This document shows, in pieces, positions 31,093 to 41,335 of a stretch of 64,000 bases of DNA (positions are counted from its first letter, which is position 1; every line of letters begins with the position of its first letter). The notes below the pieces were generated by a model. The model did no database searches. It had not been told where the DNA came from and saw nothing but the letters and a program-made list of their open reading frames with translations. The stretch is taken from contig CP147779.1 of assembly GCA_037308085.1 (NCBI GenBank), positions 2,744,652 through 2,808,651 on the forward strand, read 5' to 3'. This stretch comes from Promethearchaeati archaeon SRVP18_Atabeyarchaeia-1 (GTDB taxonomy: Archaea > Asgardarchaeota > Atabeyarchaeia > Atabeyarchaeales > Atabeyarchaeaceae). Made by a program: the position numbers and the translations under genes.

Positions 31093-32088
31093 TTGGGAAC
31101 CCTTATACAAGGCGCGAGGAACGCGGTTCAGACTTGCATGAATGTCAAGATGGGTGAGCATGTGCTCATCGTGACAGACAGGCCACGGCTCGAAATAGGA
31201 GAGGCACTGAGAAAAGAGGCGGAGTTCCTCAGCCCAGGAAACACAAAGTTGTTTGTCTTGGAGGACTTCGTGTCAAGACCGATGAAGGATCTGCCTCAAC
31301 AGATTTTCAAAGAGTTACCGTCAGCGAATGTAACGTTCTGGGCGACGGATTCCATGAAGGGAGAAGTCACAAGCAGAATGAAGTTTCTCAGAGAGGTCCT
31401 GAAATATGCTAGGCACGGGCACATGCCAAACATAACTAGGCAAGTCATGGAAGATGGCATGTGCAGCGATTACAATGAGATATACAGAATTACGACAAAG
31501 GTCCATGAAGTTGTGAAGAAAGCTAGGAAGTTCAGAGTGACGAACCCCGCTGGAACAGATCTGGAAGTCGAGCTGAACCCGAGTTGGCGATGGAAGCTCG
31601 CTCATGGCTTGTACCACGAGAAGGGTGAGTGGGGAAACCTTCCTGAGGGTGAGATCTTCACTGCCGCTTACAGAGCAAACGGAACGATGGTCATCGACTT
31701 GCTGGGAGACTTCTTCGATAAGAAATACGGGATAATGACGGACTCGCCACTGCGGATCAAAGTGAAGAATTCGAGGGCAGATGTGGAGAGCATTGAAACG
31801 AAGAATCAAGAACTTAAGAAAGAACTGCAGGCGTACCTGAAGACTGACGGAAACAGTGATCGGCTCGGAGAGTTTGCACTCGGAACAAACATGTCTCTAA
31901 AGAAACTAATAGGGAACCTTCTGCAGGATGAGAAGTTCCCGACAGTTCACTGTGCCTTTGGCGATCCATATTCCGATGAAACAGGAGCAGATTGGAAATC
32001 TAAGACGCATGTAGATGGAATCATGATCGACTGTACCGTGACAGCTGACAACAAGAAGATCATGGAAAAAAGCCAATACCTGCTTTGA
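31093..32088 (+). CDS. M29 family aminopeptidase
   Basis: 'GNLPEGEIFTA', 'LGEFALGTN', 'DEK..TVHCAFG', 'HVDGI'. Confidence 0.9.
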   Translation: MGTLIQGARNAVQTCMNVKMGEHVLIVTDRPRLEIGEALRKEAEFLSPGNTKLFVLEDFVSRPMKDLPQQIFKELPSANVTFWATDSMKGEVTSRMKFLREVLKYARHGHMPNITRQVMEDGMCSDYNEIYRITTKVHEVVKKARKFRVTNPAGTDLEVELNPSWRWKLAHGLYHEKGEWGNLPEGEIFTAAYRANGTMVIDLLGDFFDKKYGIMTDSPLRIKVKNSRADVESIETKNQELKKELQAYLKTDGNSDRLGEFALGTNMSLKKLIGNLLQDEKFPTVHCAFGDPYSDETGADWKSKTHVDGIMIDCTVTADNKKIMEKSQYLL

Positions 32089-32192
32089 TCTCAAAGAGAA
32101 TCGAACAAAGGTATAGCGCGGATTCTCACCTATGCCGTGGATGGGTACTGAAACCAGATGTTCGCCCTACTTGGTTCTGCGTAGGCGTTCTC

Positions 32193-32441
32193 TCACGAAG
32201 TTACGTTGGCTATCTTTATGTCCCAGTAGTCTTCGACCTTGAGGACTATGGCTGTGTGGAACCTTCTGTGCGTCTTCGGGCAGACGAGGATCGCACCTAG
32301 TTGTCTGTTCCTGTCTTGGGAGAACTGTGGACTAAAATCCTTACCCACCATTGATGACGGCCTTTCAAGCAGCATATTCACAGTATGCTTGCCCTTGCAT
32401 CTGGGGCAAGGCACGCTAATGCTCTTTTCTTGTTTCTCCAA
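32193..32441 (-). CDS. Small putative zinc-binding protein
   Basis: CPRC..H ... CPKT; TTG start after a purine-rich RBS. Confidence 0.6.
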   Translation of the reverse strand: MEKQEKSISVPCPRCKGKHTVNMLLERPSSMVGKDFSPQFSQDRNRQLGAILVCPKTHRRFHTAIVLKVEDYWDIKIANVTS

Positions 32442-32697
32442 GGTTCCTTCCCGTCTCCCGTAGAGACTATCTACGTATTACCTTTTATTGCTTGCCATTA
32501 TTTCGCTGGGTGAAATGCCAGAGTCATCCACAGCCAAGGAGAACTCCCTGATACGGTTGTTCCACATTCGGGGAGGCTTTCATAGGAGATCAGCTACCCC
32601 CAGAGCACTGTTTCTTGCTTCGAAGTTCGCAATGCAGAAAAAAAGCATATGTGCTTGTGGTGCCAATAGTATCTCTGACTCTCGTAAGGGGATCTTA

Positions 32698-33261
32698 ATG
32701 ACAGAAAACCTTCAGCGTTACTCGTTCAAGGTAGTCGTGCTCGGAGACTGGGCTGTTGGAAAGACCAGCCTTATCAGGCGACATGCCAAAGGCAAGTTTG
32801 AGCATGATACCAAACCGACAATCGGCGTCGATATTACCACAAAGCCCTATAGGATTCAGGGAGGAGCCGCGATAGAACTCTCTATATGGGATATTGCCGG
32901 TCAGGAGTTCTCAAGTTCTGTAAGGCACCAGTATTATGCGGGAACATCTGCTGCCATCCTGGTTTTCGATCTGACGAGACCTGAGACTTTCTGGCATGTC
33001 AAGACGTGGTACGTTGATCTTAGAGACCATTTGCATCAGAAAGTTCCAGTTGTTCTTATGGGCAATAAGAAGGACCTTGCCGATCAGAAAGCAGTAACTG
33101 ACAGCGAGATCAGGGAACTTGCTGATGGCTATGGCTTTAAGTATTTTGACACTTCGGCTTCAACTGGTGAAAATGTTGACAAGGCTTTCTACACACTTCT
33201 CGCTCAAATAGTGCTACAGAAGAAGGTCCATCTGGACTTGTTTGGCATAAGAGAAACCTGA
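32698..33261 (+). CDS. Rab-like small GTPase
   Basis: GDWAVGKT, PTIG, WDIAGQE, NKKD, DTSAS; ATG 32698 is the likely start. Confidence 0.93.
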   Translation: MTENLQRYSFKVVVLGDWAVGKTSLIRRHAKGKFEHDTKPTIGVDITTKPYRIQGGAAIELSIWDIAGQEFSSSVRHQYYAGTSAAILVFDLTRPETFWHVKTWYVDLRDHLHQKVPVVLMGNKKDLADQKAVTDSEIRELADGYGFKYFDTSASTGENVDKAFYTLLAQIVLQKKVHLDLFGIRET

Positions 33262-33368
33262 AATGCTTGCCACTCAAGGCCTAAACGTGCCTTGTCTTCA
33301 TGGTCGCGTTGCCAAGGATAGAAGAAGAAACCTTATGGCGAGAAGCATCCCAGATTGATTCATTCTGC

Positions 33369-34115
33369 TCAGGTCGTCATTCCCCCATCGACAGATAGAT
33401 TGGTGCCCGTGCAGAAATCATTCAGCGCTAGGAACAGAACGCCGTCGGCAATTTCCTCGGGTTTGCCTAAGCGTTTCATGGGCTGTCGCGAAATGAGCTG
33501 TTTCAGCGCTTGCTCGGGGTCCTCTGCTGCTGCTACCCTTTGTCTGAAAGACGGCGTTTCTGTCGTACCTGGAAGGATACTATTCACGCGAATGTGGTCA
33601 TCCATATAGTCCATCGCCATGGCGCGGGTCAACGACAACACTGCGCCTTTCGACGCGGTGTAGGCGGCTCTATCCTTGACTCCCTTTAATGCGACAGATG
33701 ATGATGTATTGATTATCGTCCCCCTTGTCTTCTTGAGGTGTGGTATGGCATACTTAGAAAGAAGGAAGATGCCGCGTACGTTGACCCCCATTGTCTTGTC
33801 CCAGTCCTCGACGGACGTGTTATCGACCCTTCCTGACACAACAATGCCGGCGTTGTTAAATAGGATGTCGATTCTTCCATAAGTTGCGACCGCTTCGTCG
33901 ACGATCTTCTTCGCATCTTCTGCCCTAGAGACGTCGCCCTGGATGAACTGCGCTCTCCCACCTGAGTCCTTGATCTTTTGTGCTATCTTGGAAGCGGATT
34001 CGGCTATGTCGACACAGCACACGGACGCTCCCTCTCTGGCAAAAAGTATGGCAGTCACCTCTCCAATACCTGCGCCCGCACCAGTCACGATCGCTACTTT
34101 ACCCTTCAACCTCAT
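33369..34115 (-). CDS. Short-chain dehydrogenase/reductase
   Basis: TGAGAGIG, NNAG, YTASK, IRVN, DGG. Confidence 0.93.
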   Translation of the reverse strand: MRLKGKVAIVTGAGAGIGEVTAILFAREGASVCCVDIAESASKIAQKIKDSGGRAQFIQGDVSRAEDAKKIVDEAVATYGRIDILFNNAGIVVSGRVDNTSVEDWDKTMGVNVRGIFLLSKYAIPHLKKTRGTIINTSSSVALKGVKDRAAYTASKGAVLSLTRAMAMDYMDDHIRVNSILPGTTETPSFRQRVAAAEDPEQALKQLISRQPMKRLGKPEEIADGVLFLALNDFCTGTNLSVDGGMTT

Positions 34116-34147
34116 TATCCTCATCTCTTGATAATGACAGCTAATCA

Positions 34148-34450
34148 TTACTTGCCATTGCTAATTATCCTTTGTTGTCCTAAACCTGTCAAGTGCCACA
34201 CCCTAGGTCTTCCACTTCTACGCGACACTATCTTCTCGTTCTCCATCAAGTGAAGGTGGTAGTTAACAACCTTGTAGGAGAGGCCAGCTTCCTTGGATAC
34301 CTTCGAGGCGGACTTCCAATCCGCCCTCAGTGCCCTGATAACTCTAGTTCTGCTCATTACTCCAGGAAGAACGTTTTGTATCGTCCGAAGGTAGGCCCTT
34401 GGTTCAGTTTCAAGTTTCTCCATCTTCCGTAACCGCCTCTTCACAGTCAT
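34148..34450 (-). CDS. Winged-helix (ArsR-like) regulator
   Basis: 'SRTRVIRAL...SASKVSKEAGLSYKVVNYHLHLMENEKIV'. Confidence 0.8.
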   Translation of the reverse strand: MTVKRRLRKMEKLETEPRAYLRTIQNVLPGVMSRTRVIRALRADWKSASKVSKEAGLSYKVVNYHLHLMENEKIVSRRSGRPRVWHLTGLGQQRIISNGK

Positions 34451-34861
34451 GAAGCCTCCTGCAGGGACTTCTTAGACATCACATTACGGACTGCTCATAT
34501 ATTGCGGTAATGAGACATCTCTCAATATCTGGAACTTGAGACCGAGTCTGAAGACCTGGTAGCCGCATATTCAACCTATGAAGCCCTGCAATTTGAAAGT
34601 TTCCCCATTGACCTCCCTTGCGTTTCCAGGAATTGGAGGAATCTGAATGCAGTTCTGGCCGAAAACACGGACAGCCTCCGAACAAACCTTACTTTCCTGA
34701 ATCTGAAGGGTAGTATCAAAGAGAGAAAGGCTCTCCGGAACCGGAGTCAAGGGAACTATAAAGCGGTTGTTGCCCAGTCAGGCTTGCCAAAAGGATCTAT
34801 GTCTGCATCCCGACGGACAACGAAAAGAAAAAAGTGACGGCGCACTGCTTCGAGGCACGAT

Positions 34862-35575
34862 TCATCTACGACCCTTAGTGACTGCAATCGCAACGACAGC
34901 GACTAATAATATTACAGCCCCGCCACCCAGAACCAGCGCTGTGGTCAGGTCGGCGCCCTGAGTCATGCTATTTGCCGTGAAGGAGGTCATGGTCCAGTTG
35001 AACCATCCTTGCCAGCCAGGAAAGCTGAGCCCAGTACACCAGTACACATCGGCTTTCACCGTTATTCCAGTAGCCCTGTCCCAGTACATCTCATATCCGA
35101 ATATATACGGAAGATCCATTATCTCCGCGTTGTAGTAGATGGTCAGAAACTGCCTATAGTTGACAAGTCTCTGCGAACCGGCAACGTCCATCACAATGGT
35201 CTTGTTGATCATCCTGGGATAGCCGTCATACTCCGCAATCTGATCCCCTGCCAATAGATCTCCCGCAATGATATAAGGCTCAATGAAGCCATGATAACGC
35301 TGCACGTCCGAGACGTAATGTATCGTGTAAGCTGCCGCTCCGTTTGAGTAGAAGAAGATCACGTCGTACGACACGCTAGTTCCGCTGATATTGGTGATAG
35401 ATATTGTTAGCCTGTCCCACTCTGGGACAGCCGAACAGACAAGGCTGTAGCTTGCCGTGTCTCCTACGTGAACGCCAGGATACCGGCTGACCGCAGCCCT
35501 GGAGCCATTTATTGTCGCCGAGACTGCCACGAGAACTAGAAGAGCAATGATAGCAAAACCACACTTCTTACTTAT
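34862..35575 (-). CDS. Secreted/surface protein with C-terminal TM anchor (probable ATA start)
   Basis: Extending to ATA 35575 gives the signal peptide (M)SKKCGFAIIALLVLVAVSA; 'GVHVGD...Y', 'YWDRATGI'; C-terminal TM plus basic tail. Confidence 0.75.
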   Translation of the reverse strand: MSKKCGFAIIALLVLVAVSATINGSRAAVSRYPGVHVGDTASYSLVCSAVPEWDRLTISITNISGTSVSYDVIFFYSNGAAAYTIHYVSDVQRYHGFIEPYIIAGDLLAGDQIAEYDGYPRMINKTIVMDVAGSQRLVNYRQFLTIYYNAEIMDLPYIFGYEMYWDRATGITVKADVYWCTGLSFPGWQGWFNWTMTSFTANSMTQGADLTTALVLGGGAVILLVAVVAIAVTKGRR

Positions 35576-35753
35576 ATGCTCCTCACCCCTAAACGGTCCC
35601 TACTCAGTACTATGATCTATGACACCCGGAGTATTGAACCTAGCGCTAAGCCTTGAAACGCAAAATTGCTTGCCCAGTGACCGACTGGCAACGTAGCAAC
35701 CTTTAGATGAAATGACAAGTTTAATTTAGGTTGTACATTACTCTTCAAATTGG

Positions 35754-37142
35754 TTGATGTCTATGGGTGTAACCGACTTTCTAAGAAGCTTGAAGCAGTG
35801 GCATGATAGGGGGGTTCTGTTTAACTACAACTTGCTGCCTGAGACCATTCCTACAACGATGCCGAGTAGGGTTCACATATGGGATGAGACTCTCAGAGAT
35901 GGCGAACAGACCCCGGGTGTCTCTTTGAATGTGAATGAGAAGATTCAGCTCGCTAAGCTACTCGATGAGATCGGCGTCGACATAATCGTCGTCGGTTATC
36001 CTGCAGTCTCAAAGCACGAGGCTGAGGTTGTGAAGACGATACGCAAGGAGCGCTTCTCTCACGCAAGCATTGGGGCTCCAGCTAGGGCCCTGAAAAAGGA
36101 CATCGATGCATGCATAGAATGCGAGGTTGATGAGGTCCCGATTTTCCTAGCAACCTCCGACCTTCGAATAAAATACGACTACAGGTTTAAGGGCGGTCGA
36201 GATGAGGTAGTAAAGCGGGCAGTTGAATCGGTTGAGTATGTTCGTCAGCACGGGATGAAGGCGGACTTCGTGGCAGAGGACTCAACCAGAAGTGATGTTG
36301 ATTTTGTTGCGAAGGTATTCAAGAGCGTAGCCGAAGCTGGTGCAGAAAGGGTTGTGGTCGCCGACACCGTGGGATTCATGCGACCCGGTTCGATGAAGGT
36401 CTATATGAAACGCCTCATGGACAAACTCCATGAGCAGAAGGTCAATGTGCCCGTCTCTGTTCACTGCCATAATGACCTGGGATTAGCAACCGCAAATACT
36501 CTAACCGCGATAGAGGAAGGAGCGGACTATCCACACGTGTGCGTAAATGGGTATGGTGAGAGAGCCGGGAATGCGCCACTTGAGGAAGTTGTACTAGCCC
36601 TCGAGATTCTATATGATAGAAGGACAGGCCTGAAAGTTGACAAACTATTCGAGCTCTCATTGCTTGCAGAGAAGGTCTTCTGCATCCCTATCCCTGTTCA
36701 TAAGGCGATCGTTGGGGGAAACGCCTTCACACATGAATCTGGGATTCATGTGAAAGGCATGCTGTTCCACCCGCTAGCGTATGAGCCAATAGATCCCAAA
36801 GTTGTCGGCAGAGAGAGACAGATAAGCTTCGGGAAGATGAGTGGAGCAGCAGGCGTCAAGGCGGTGCTACAGAGGGAGCTGAAAGGGGTCGAGCTGAGTG
36901 ACGAGGAAGTGGGGAGGGTGCTCCAAGCCATCAAGAGCCGGATTGAGCACCAAGGGGAAGAAGAGAAAGACAGCATAACCTCGGAATTCCAGGAGAAAGT
37001 CAAGAAGACCATGACCAAGATTCTTGCCGGAGTTAGATACAAGGAATTCTGGGAAATAGCTGGGAAGGAATTGAGGATCCCTAAGAAGACGCTTAATGAG
37101 ATCATTGGACGCAAGGCGGAGGATGAATGGATAAGCCTCTAG
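35754..37142 (+). CDS. Homocitrate/isopropylmalate synthase family (DRE-TIM) enzyme without the LeuA regulatory domain
   Basis: 'DETLRDGEQTPG', 'HCHNDLG', 'GERAGNA', 'HESGIH'. Confidence 0.88.
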   Translation: MMSMGVTDFLRSLKQWHDRGVLFNYNLLPETIPTTMPSRVHIWDETLRDGEQTPGVSLNVNEKIQLAKLLDEIGVDIIVVGYPAVSKHEAEVVKTIRKERFSHASIGAPARALKKDIDACIECEVDEVPIFLATSDLRIKYDYRFKGGRDEVVKRAVESVEYVRQHGMKADFVAEDSTRSDVDFVAKVFKSVAEAGAERVVVADTVGFMRPGSMKVYMKRLMDKLHEQKVNVPVSVHCHNDLGLATANTLTAIEEGADYPHVCVNGYGERAGNAPLEEVVLALEILYDRRTGLKVDKLFELSLLAEKVFCIPIPVHKAIVGGNAFTHESGIHVKGMLFHPLAYEPIDPKVVGRERQISFGKMSGAAGVKAVLQRELKGVELSDEEVGRVLQAIKSRIEHQGEEEKDSITSEFQEKVKKTMTKILAGVRYKEFWEIAGKELRIPKKTLNEIIGRKAEDEWISL

Positions 37143-37264
37143 TAGAAAGACCTATCAAGCCTGTACTCTGTCTGGGGTTCTTGTGATGCACGATAAAAGT
37201 CTTTAAGTAGAGAGAGCCTTCCAAAGAACATGGCTCGGAATATTCTGCTTCCAATTTCTGGCAG

Positions 37265-38710
37265 TTGGTGATTTACTTGGAGGGGCGCCACATCGAGGAC
37301 ATAGCCGAACTAGTTTTGGAAAAGGCGTCAAAGCTGGGAGCATCTTATTGTGAGGCAAGGACTGAGGCTCTGACAAATGAGACCATAAATGTTGAAGGTA
37401 GTCTTCTGAAATCAAGCTACAATTACTTTGCCACCGGCACAGGAATCAGGGTAATTGCCGGAGGAGCTTGGGGCTTCTCTTCTGCGACAAGTCTTGATGC
37501 CCCCAGTGTCGAAGATGCCGTTACTGCTGCTGTTCGAATAGGGAAAGCAGCAGGTAGCCGACGGAAGAAACCAGTAATGTTGCGCAAAGTCAAACCAGTA
37601 CGAGAAGATGTAGCAACCAATGTCGAAGAAGAATTCGGAAACATAAGCTTGAAGGAGAAGGTGGAATCACTCGTCGAGTGCAATAAGAGACTCAAGGCTT
37701 CAGACGATGTGATGAAGACGGTAGCGACTTTGGTATTGGTTCAGAGCCAGAAGTTCATCGCGACATCCGAAGGATCGAAAGTCAGATTCAAGCACTCCAT
37801 GGCCTTTGGAAGCATGTCGGCCTTCGCCTCAAGCTCAGGCGTATCAGAGGCGGCAAGTGTAGAGTTTGGCGGATCTGGTGGCTACGAGATGGTTGAGCCT
37901 AGCTGCCTCATCGAATTATCACAGGACGTTGGGCAAAGGGTTACGCGTCTACTCAAGGCGAAAGCATGCCCGAACATGGGGAGAACACAGGTAATCATGG
38001 ATCCAACGTACGTCGCTCTCCTCGTTCATGAGATCATCGGGCATCCCTCTGAAGCCGACAGGGTCTTAGGCTGGGAGAATGCGTGGGGCGGTGGTGCATG
38101 GTGGCAAGGAATGCTCGGGCAGCAGGTTGGATCCAGGGTTCTCAACGCTGTCGATGAGGGCAGTGTCAAAGGAGCGCTTGGATACACGCCTTATGATGAT
38201 GAAGCTGTTAGGTGTGACAGGAACTACTTGATCAAAGAAGGCAAGCTAGTCGGGCATATTCAGTCAAGGCAGACTGCCGAGGAATTCGGTACCGATGCGA
38301 AAGGAGGGGTAAGATCCTTCTCTTTCTGTAATGCACCGCTCATCAGAATGACAAACACATATATCCTTGGGGGAGACTGGAGCGAAGAAGAGATACTAGA
38401 GGAGACTAAGAGCGGGATACTTGTGCAACACTACGTCGCGCCCTCAATAGATGATAGGCGCTATAGGTGGGCAGTTACCCCACAGGAAGCATTTTTGGTG
38501 GAGAACGGCGAGGTTACCGAGTCGTATAGAGGAGCAGTTGTCATGGGAGTCGCACCTGAATTTTTCAAATCAATTGATGCAGTGGGTCGCGATGTGAGCA
38601 TACTTCCATTGGCAGGATGCGGGAAAGGCGACCCTGAACAACTTATATGTGTCGGCAACGGAGGCCCAACTCTGCGCGGTACGGCTAGTGTGGTTGGGAG
38701 GGGTGAATAA
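37265..38710 (+). CDS. tldD: TldD metalloprotease
   Basis: HEIIGH..EAD, 'RMTNTY', C-terminal 'CGKG..Q...VG.GGP'. Confidence 0.9.
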   Translation: MVIYLEGRHIEDIAELVLEKASKLGASYCEARTEALTNETINVEGSLLKSSYNYFATGTGIRVIAGGAWGFSSATSLDAPSVEDAVTAAVRIGKAAGSRRKKPVMLRKVKPVREDVATNVEEEFGNISLKEKVESLVECNKRLKASDDVMKTVATLVLVQSQKFIATSEGSKVRFKHSMAFGSMSAFASSSGVSEAASVEFGGSGGYEMVEPSCLIELSQDVGQRVTRLLKAKACPNMGRTQVIMDPTYVALLVHEIIGHPSEADRVLGWENAWGGGAWWQGMLGQQVGSRVLNAVDEGSVKGALGYTPYDDEAVRCDRNYLIKEGKLVGHIQSRQTAEEFGTDAKGGVRSFSFCNAPLIRMTNTYILGGDWSEEEILEETKSGILVQHYVAPSIDDRRYRWAVTPQEAFLVENGEVTESYRGAVVMGVAPEFFKSIDAVGRDVSILPLAGCGKGDPEQLICVGNGGPTLRGTASVVGRGE

Positions 38711-38716
38711 AGGGAA

Positions 38717-40135
38717 TTGAGCCCAAGTACTAGTCTGCATGATTTCGCGGAGAGGGCTTTCGCCGACCTATCAAGAAGCAGCGAAGCTGACCAGCTTGAG
38801 GTCTACTGTTCGTCGAACAAGATAGCAGGACTTCGAATTGTGAACAACGAGCTACATGAGTCGAAGCTAGTTGTGGATTCGGGCCTGGGTGTACGAGTCG
38901 TCAAGAATGGCTTCATAGGATATGCCTCGCTGGCCACCTTGTCTATCAATGGCGCCAGAGAAGCCTACGAGTGGGCGCTCAAAGTCGCTAAGATGGGAAT
39001 GGGTGAAAGAGAGAACGTAGACTTCGCAAAGCCTTCGGTTGGTGGCAAAATGACTTCGACAAGCTTCCTGGATGGAAAACTTGAGGGATTACAGGGTGAA
39101 GAGCTGGCAGAGCTTGGAAAGAGAATGACTTCCCCAGCCTTGTCTCATGATAACCGCATCTATGATTGCTCGGGCTCGATAACTATAGTGAGTTACGAAT
39201 TCAGCGTGATGAACTCGAATGGCATAAACGCGAGCGACAAGGGAGGGTACGCCTACGCCACCCTCACCTCGATGTCCAAAGACGGTGAGCACTCATCCCA
39301 AGGCTTCGACACACTCGTCACTAAGAAGTATTCTAGCTTGGTGGACGGGGTGGGAAAGACTGGGGAGAATTCTGCCGACATGAGTGTTAGAAGCTTGGGA
39401 TCGAGGCAGCCATCATCGGGGGGATACGACATGATTTTCACGCCCAGCTGCCTGGCTTCAACCATGAGGAATCTCGGTTTGATGGCTAATGGGCACAGAG
39501 TTCGAGACGGGTTATCCATGTTTACGGAGTCGCTGGGAAAGGAAGTCGCCTCTGAAGTGGTAAACATAGTCGAAGACGGGAGATTGGAGGAAGGAATGCA
39601 CACCTGCTCAGTGGATGATGAAGGACTCCCAACAAGACGAACCGCAATAATTGAAAGAGGCGTGCTAAAGTCATTCATCCATGACTCGTATACTGCCAGC
39701 AAGTTCGGTGTTCAGAGTACGGGAAATGGACTTCGAGTCTGGACCCAAGTCGGCGGCAGCACACTCGAAGGCAGGAGATATGATTTTCCACCCACCTGTT
39801 CCTCCGCTAACTTCATGATCCTGGCAGGAGACTGTGGTGAAGACGAGCTAGTCGAAGATACAAAACGCGGTATCCTGGTGGGCTGGACGAGATATGAGCG
39901 GCTGCTAAATGGCAAAACTGGAGTCTTCACTGCGAACGCTAGGAGTGGTAACTTCATGATAGAGAATGGGGAACTCAAGTATCCGGTCCACGGTTTCAGG
40001 ATCTATGACACCTATATGAATCTCCTCAAGTCGATGGATCGAATAGCAAACAGAATTGAGCAAAAAGGGCACTGGGGAATGGCAGCAATCTCCCCGAGTT
40101 TCAGGACCAGGGGAATCCAGATAGTCTCGACATGA
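38717..40135 (+). CDS. pmbA: PmbA/TldE partner protein
   Basis: Follows tldD; 'DDEG.PT', 'STGNG', no HExxxH. Confidence 0.85.
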   Translation: MSPSTSLHDFAERAFADLSRSSEADQLEVYCSSNKIAGLRIVNNELHESKLVVDSGLGVRVVKNGFIGYASLATLSINGAREAYEWALKVAKMGMGERENVDFAKPSVGGKMTSTSFLDGKLEGLQGEELAELGKRMTSPALSHDNRIYDCSGSITIVSYEFSVMNSNGINASDKGGYAYATLTSMSKDGEHSSQGFDTLVTKKYSSLVDGVGKTGENSADMSVRSLGSRQPSSGGYDMIFTPSCLASTMRNLGLMANGHRVRDGLSMFTESLGKEVASEVVNIVEDGRLEEGMHTCSVDDEGLPTRRTAIIERGVLKSFIHDSYTASKFGVQSTGNGLRVWTQVGGSTLEGRRYDFPPTCSSANFMILAGDCGEDELVEDTKRGILVGWTRYERLLNGKTGVFTANARSGNFMIENGELKYPVHGFRIYDTYMNLLKSMDRIANRIEQKGHWGMAAISPSFRTRGIQIVST

Positions 40136-40255
40136 CAAGTAACGGAAAGGATGCTTGAGGCGTGCACCCGGACGGTTTGCCCGTGCACCGAAATTCAACT
40201 AGTGAATTCTCCCTATTTTGCACGCTATGCAGTCCTGATGATCCGCCAGATTCCT

Positions 40256-41335
40256 TTACTCTGCGGATTTGAATAGGACTATCTCATGGAGTGTTGAGCC
40301 ACTCTCTTTGTGTTTGGTACCTTTTTGGTTTACTTCAAGCTCGAAATCAGACTGTAACCTGAAGTATCCCGGCTTCATCCTCAGAAAGTGTCTCGCTAGG
40401 AAGCGGAGCACTGCCCCAAAGCGATCCAGCATGTCCTCAGCCTCAAGAACTTTCTCAACTTTAAGTCTGACCTCCATTTCACCTGGTACTCTGATTCTCA
40501 GGCTCTTTGGGTAGCTGTGCTTGGCCCGGGAATCGTATTCGAAGTTCTCCTTGCGGAAATCGAACTCGCCGGTGCTTAGAATGGGGCTTTCTCCCTTAGC
40601 AAGCATCAGAACCTTAATGGCATGCCGATCCACCTTCTCGTTGCACTGGATGAAGGCGTAGCAGGCTGTATAGCTTTTCGAATATATTCTTCCCCACATC
40701 CAATATTCGATTATTTTTTGGAACGAGAAGTCCAGCCAGTTGTGGTCATGATATCCAATACCTTTCACCGATAGCTTGTGCCCGCCGTCGCGAATGGTGC
40801 CTTTGACGGAAGCTCTCGCGAACGGGACAACCCACGCGAAGTAACCCATTTCGCCGAAGTGTGAAAACCCATTACCAGGTTTCCAGCCCTTCACTTCGGC
40901 TGAGTAAGTTAAATCAAACCCGATCTCCTTTTCGTCCAAGTGGACTACGTAAACTGGGAGACCTCCTTTTGAATGGTCGATTCTCAAGTAGTTGTGACCG
41001 ACTTTGACATCTGCTTTCTCTCGGGATGCGCGGAACTCCGACTTCTGGTACGGAATAAACTTTTGTGTCTTCTTTCCGTCTGGTCTTAGAAGGACAAGCT
41101 CCACGCCTGCTTTGCCTGCAGTTGGCCCTGGGTTTGGGTTTGATGCGTAAAAGAATGCGACAATGGTGTGCCCGGACTCCAAATGGGCATCGAAGTACCA
41201 CCATTCATACATATTCTTCTTTGTCATGTCGATGTGAAGTGCATCGTCTTCAGGCGTTAGCGGGGCTATTACGCTATCCCGCCTTCCAGGACCTGACCAA
41301 CCTTCTTTCACTCTCTTGCTGATTGCCTCTTTCAT
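40256..41335 (-). CDS. CrtC/AttH/tocopherol-cyclase-like beta-barrel protein
   Basis: 'YEWWYFDA', 'GIGYHDHNW', 'WMWGR'. Confidence 0.75.
   Translation of the reverse strand: MKEAISKRVKEGWSGPGRRDSVIAPLTPEDDALHIDMTKKNMYEWWYFDAHLESGHTIVAFFYASNPNPGPTAGKAGVELVLLRPDGKKTQKFIPYQKSEFRASREKADVKVGHNYLRIDHSKGGLPVYVVHLDEKEIGFDLTYSAEVKGWKPGNGFSHFGEMGYFAWVVPFARASVKGTIRDGGHKLSVKGIGYHDHNWLDFSFQKIIEYWMWGRIYSKSYTACYAFIQCNEKVDRHAIKVLMLAKGESPILSTGEFDFRKENFEYDSRAKHSYPKSLRIRVPGEMEVRLKVEKVLEAEDMLDRFGAVLRFLARHFLRMKPGYFRLQSDFELEVNQKGTKHKESGSTLHEIVLFKSAE

Noticed and set aside
32488-32697. 70-aa N-terminal extension of the GTPase (likewise 42916-44289, 26225, 30981, 56421 and 11763 long starts)
   Set aside because: Better RBS-linked starts lie downstream and the extensions look like non-coding sequence.
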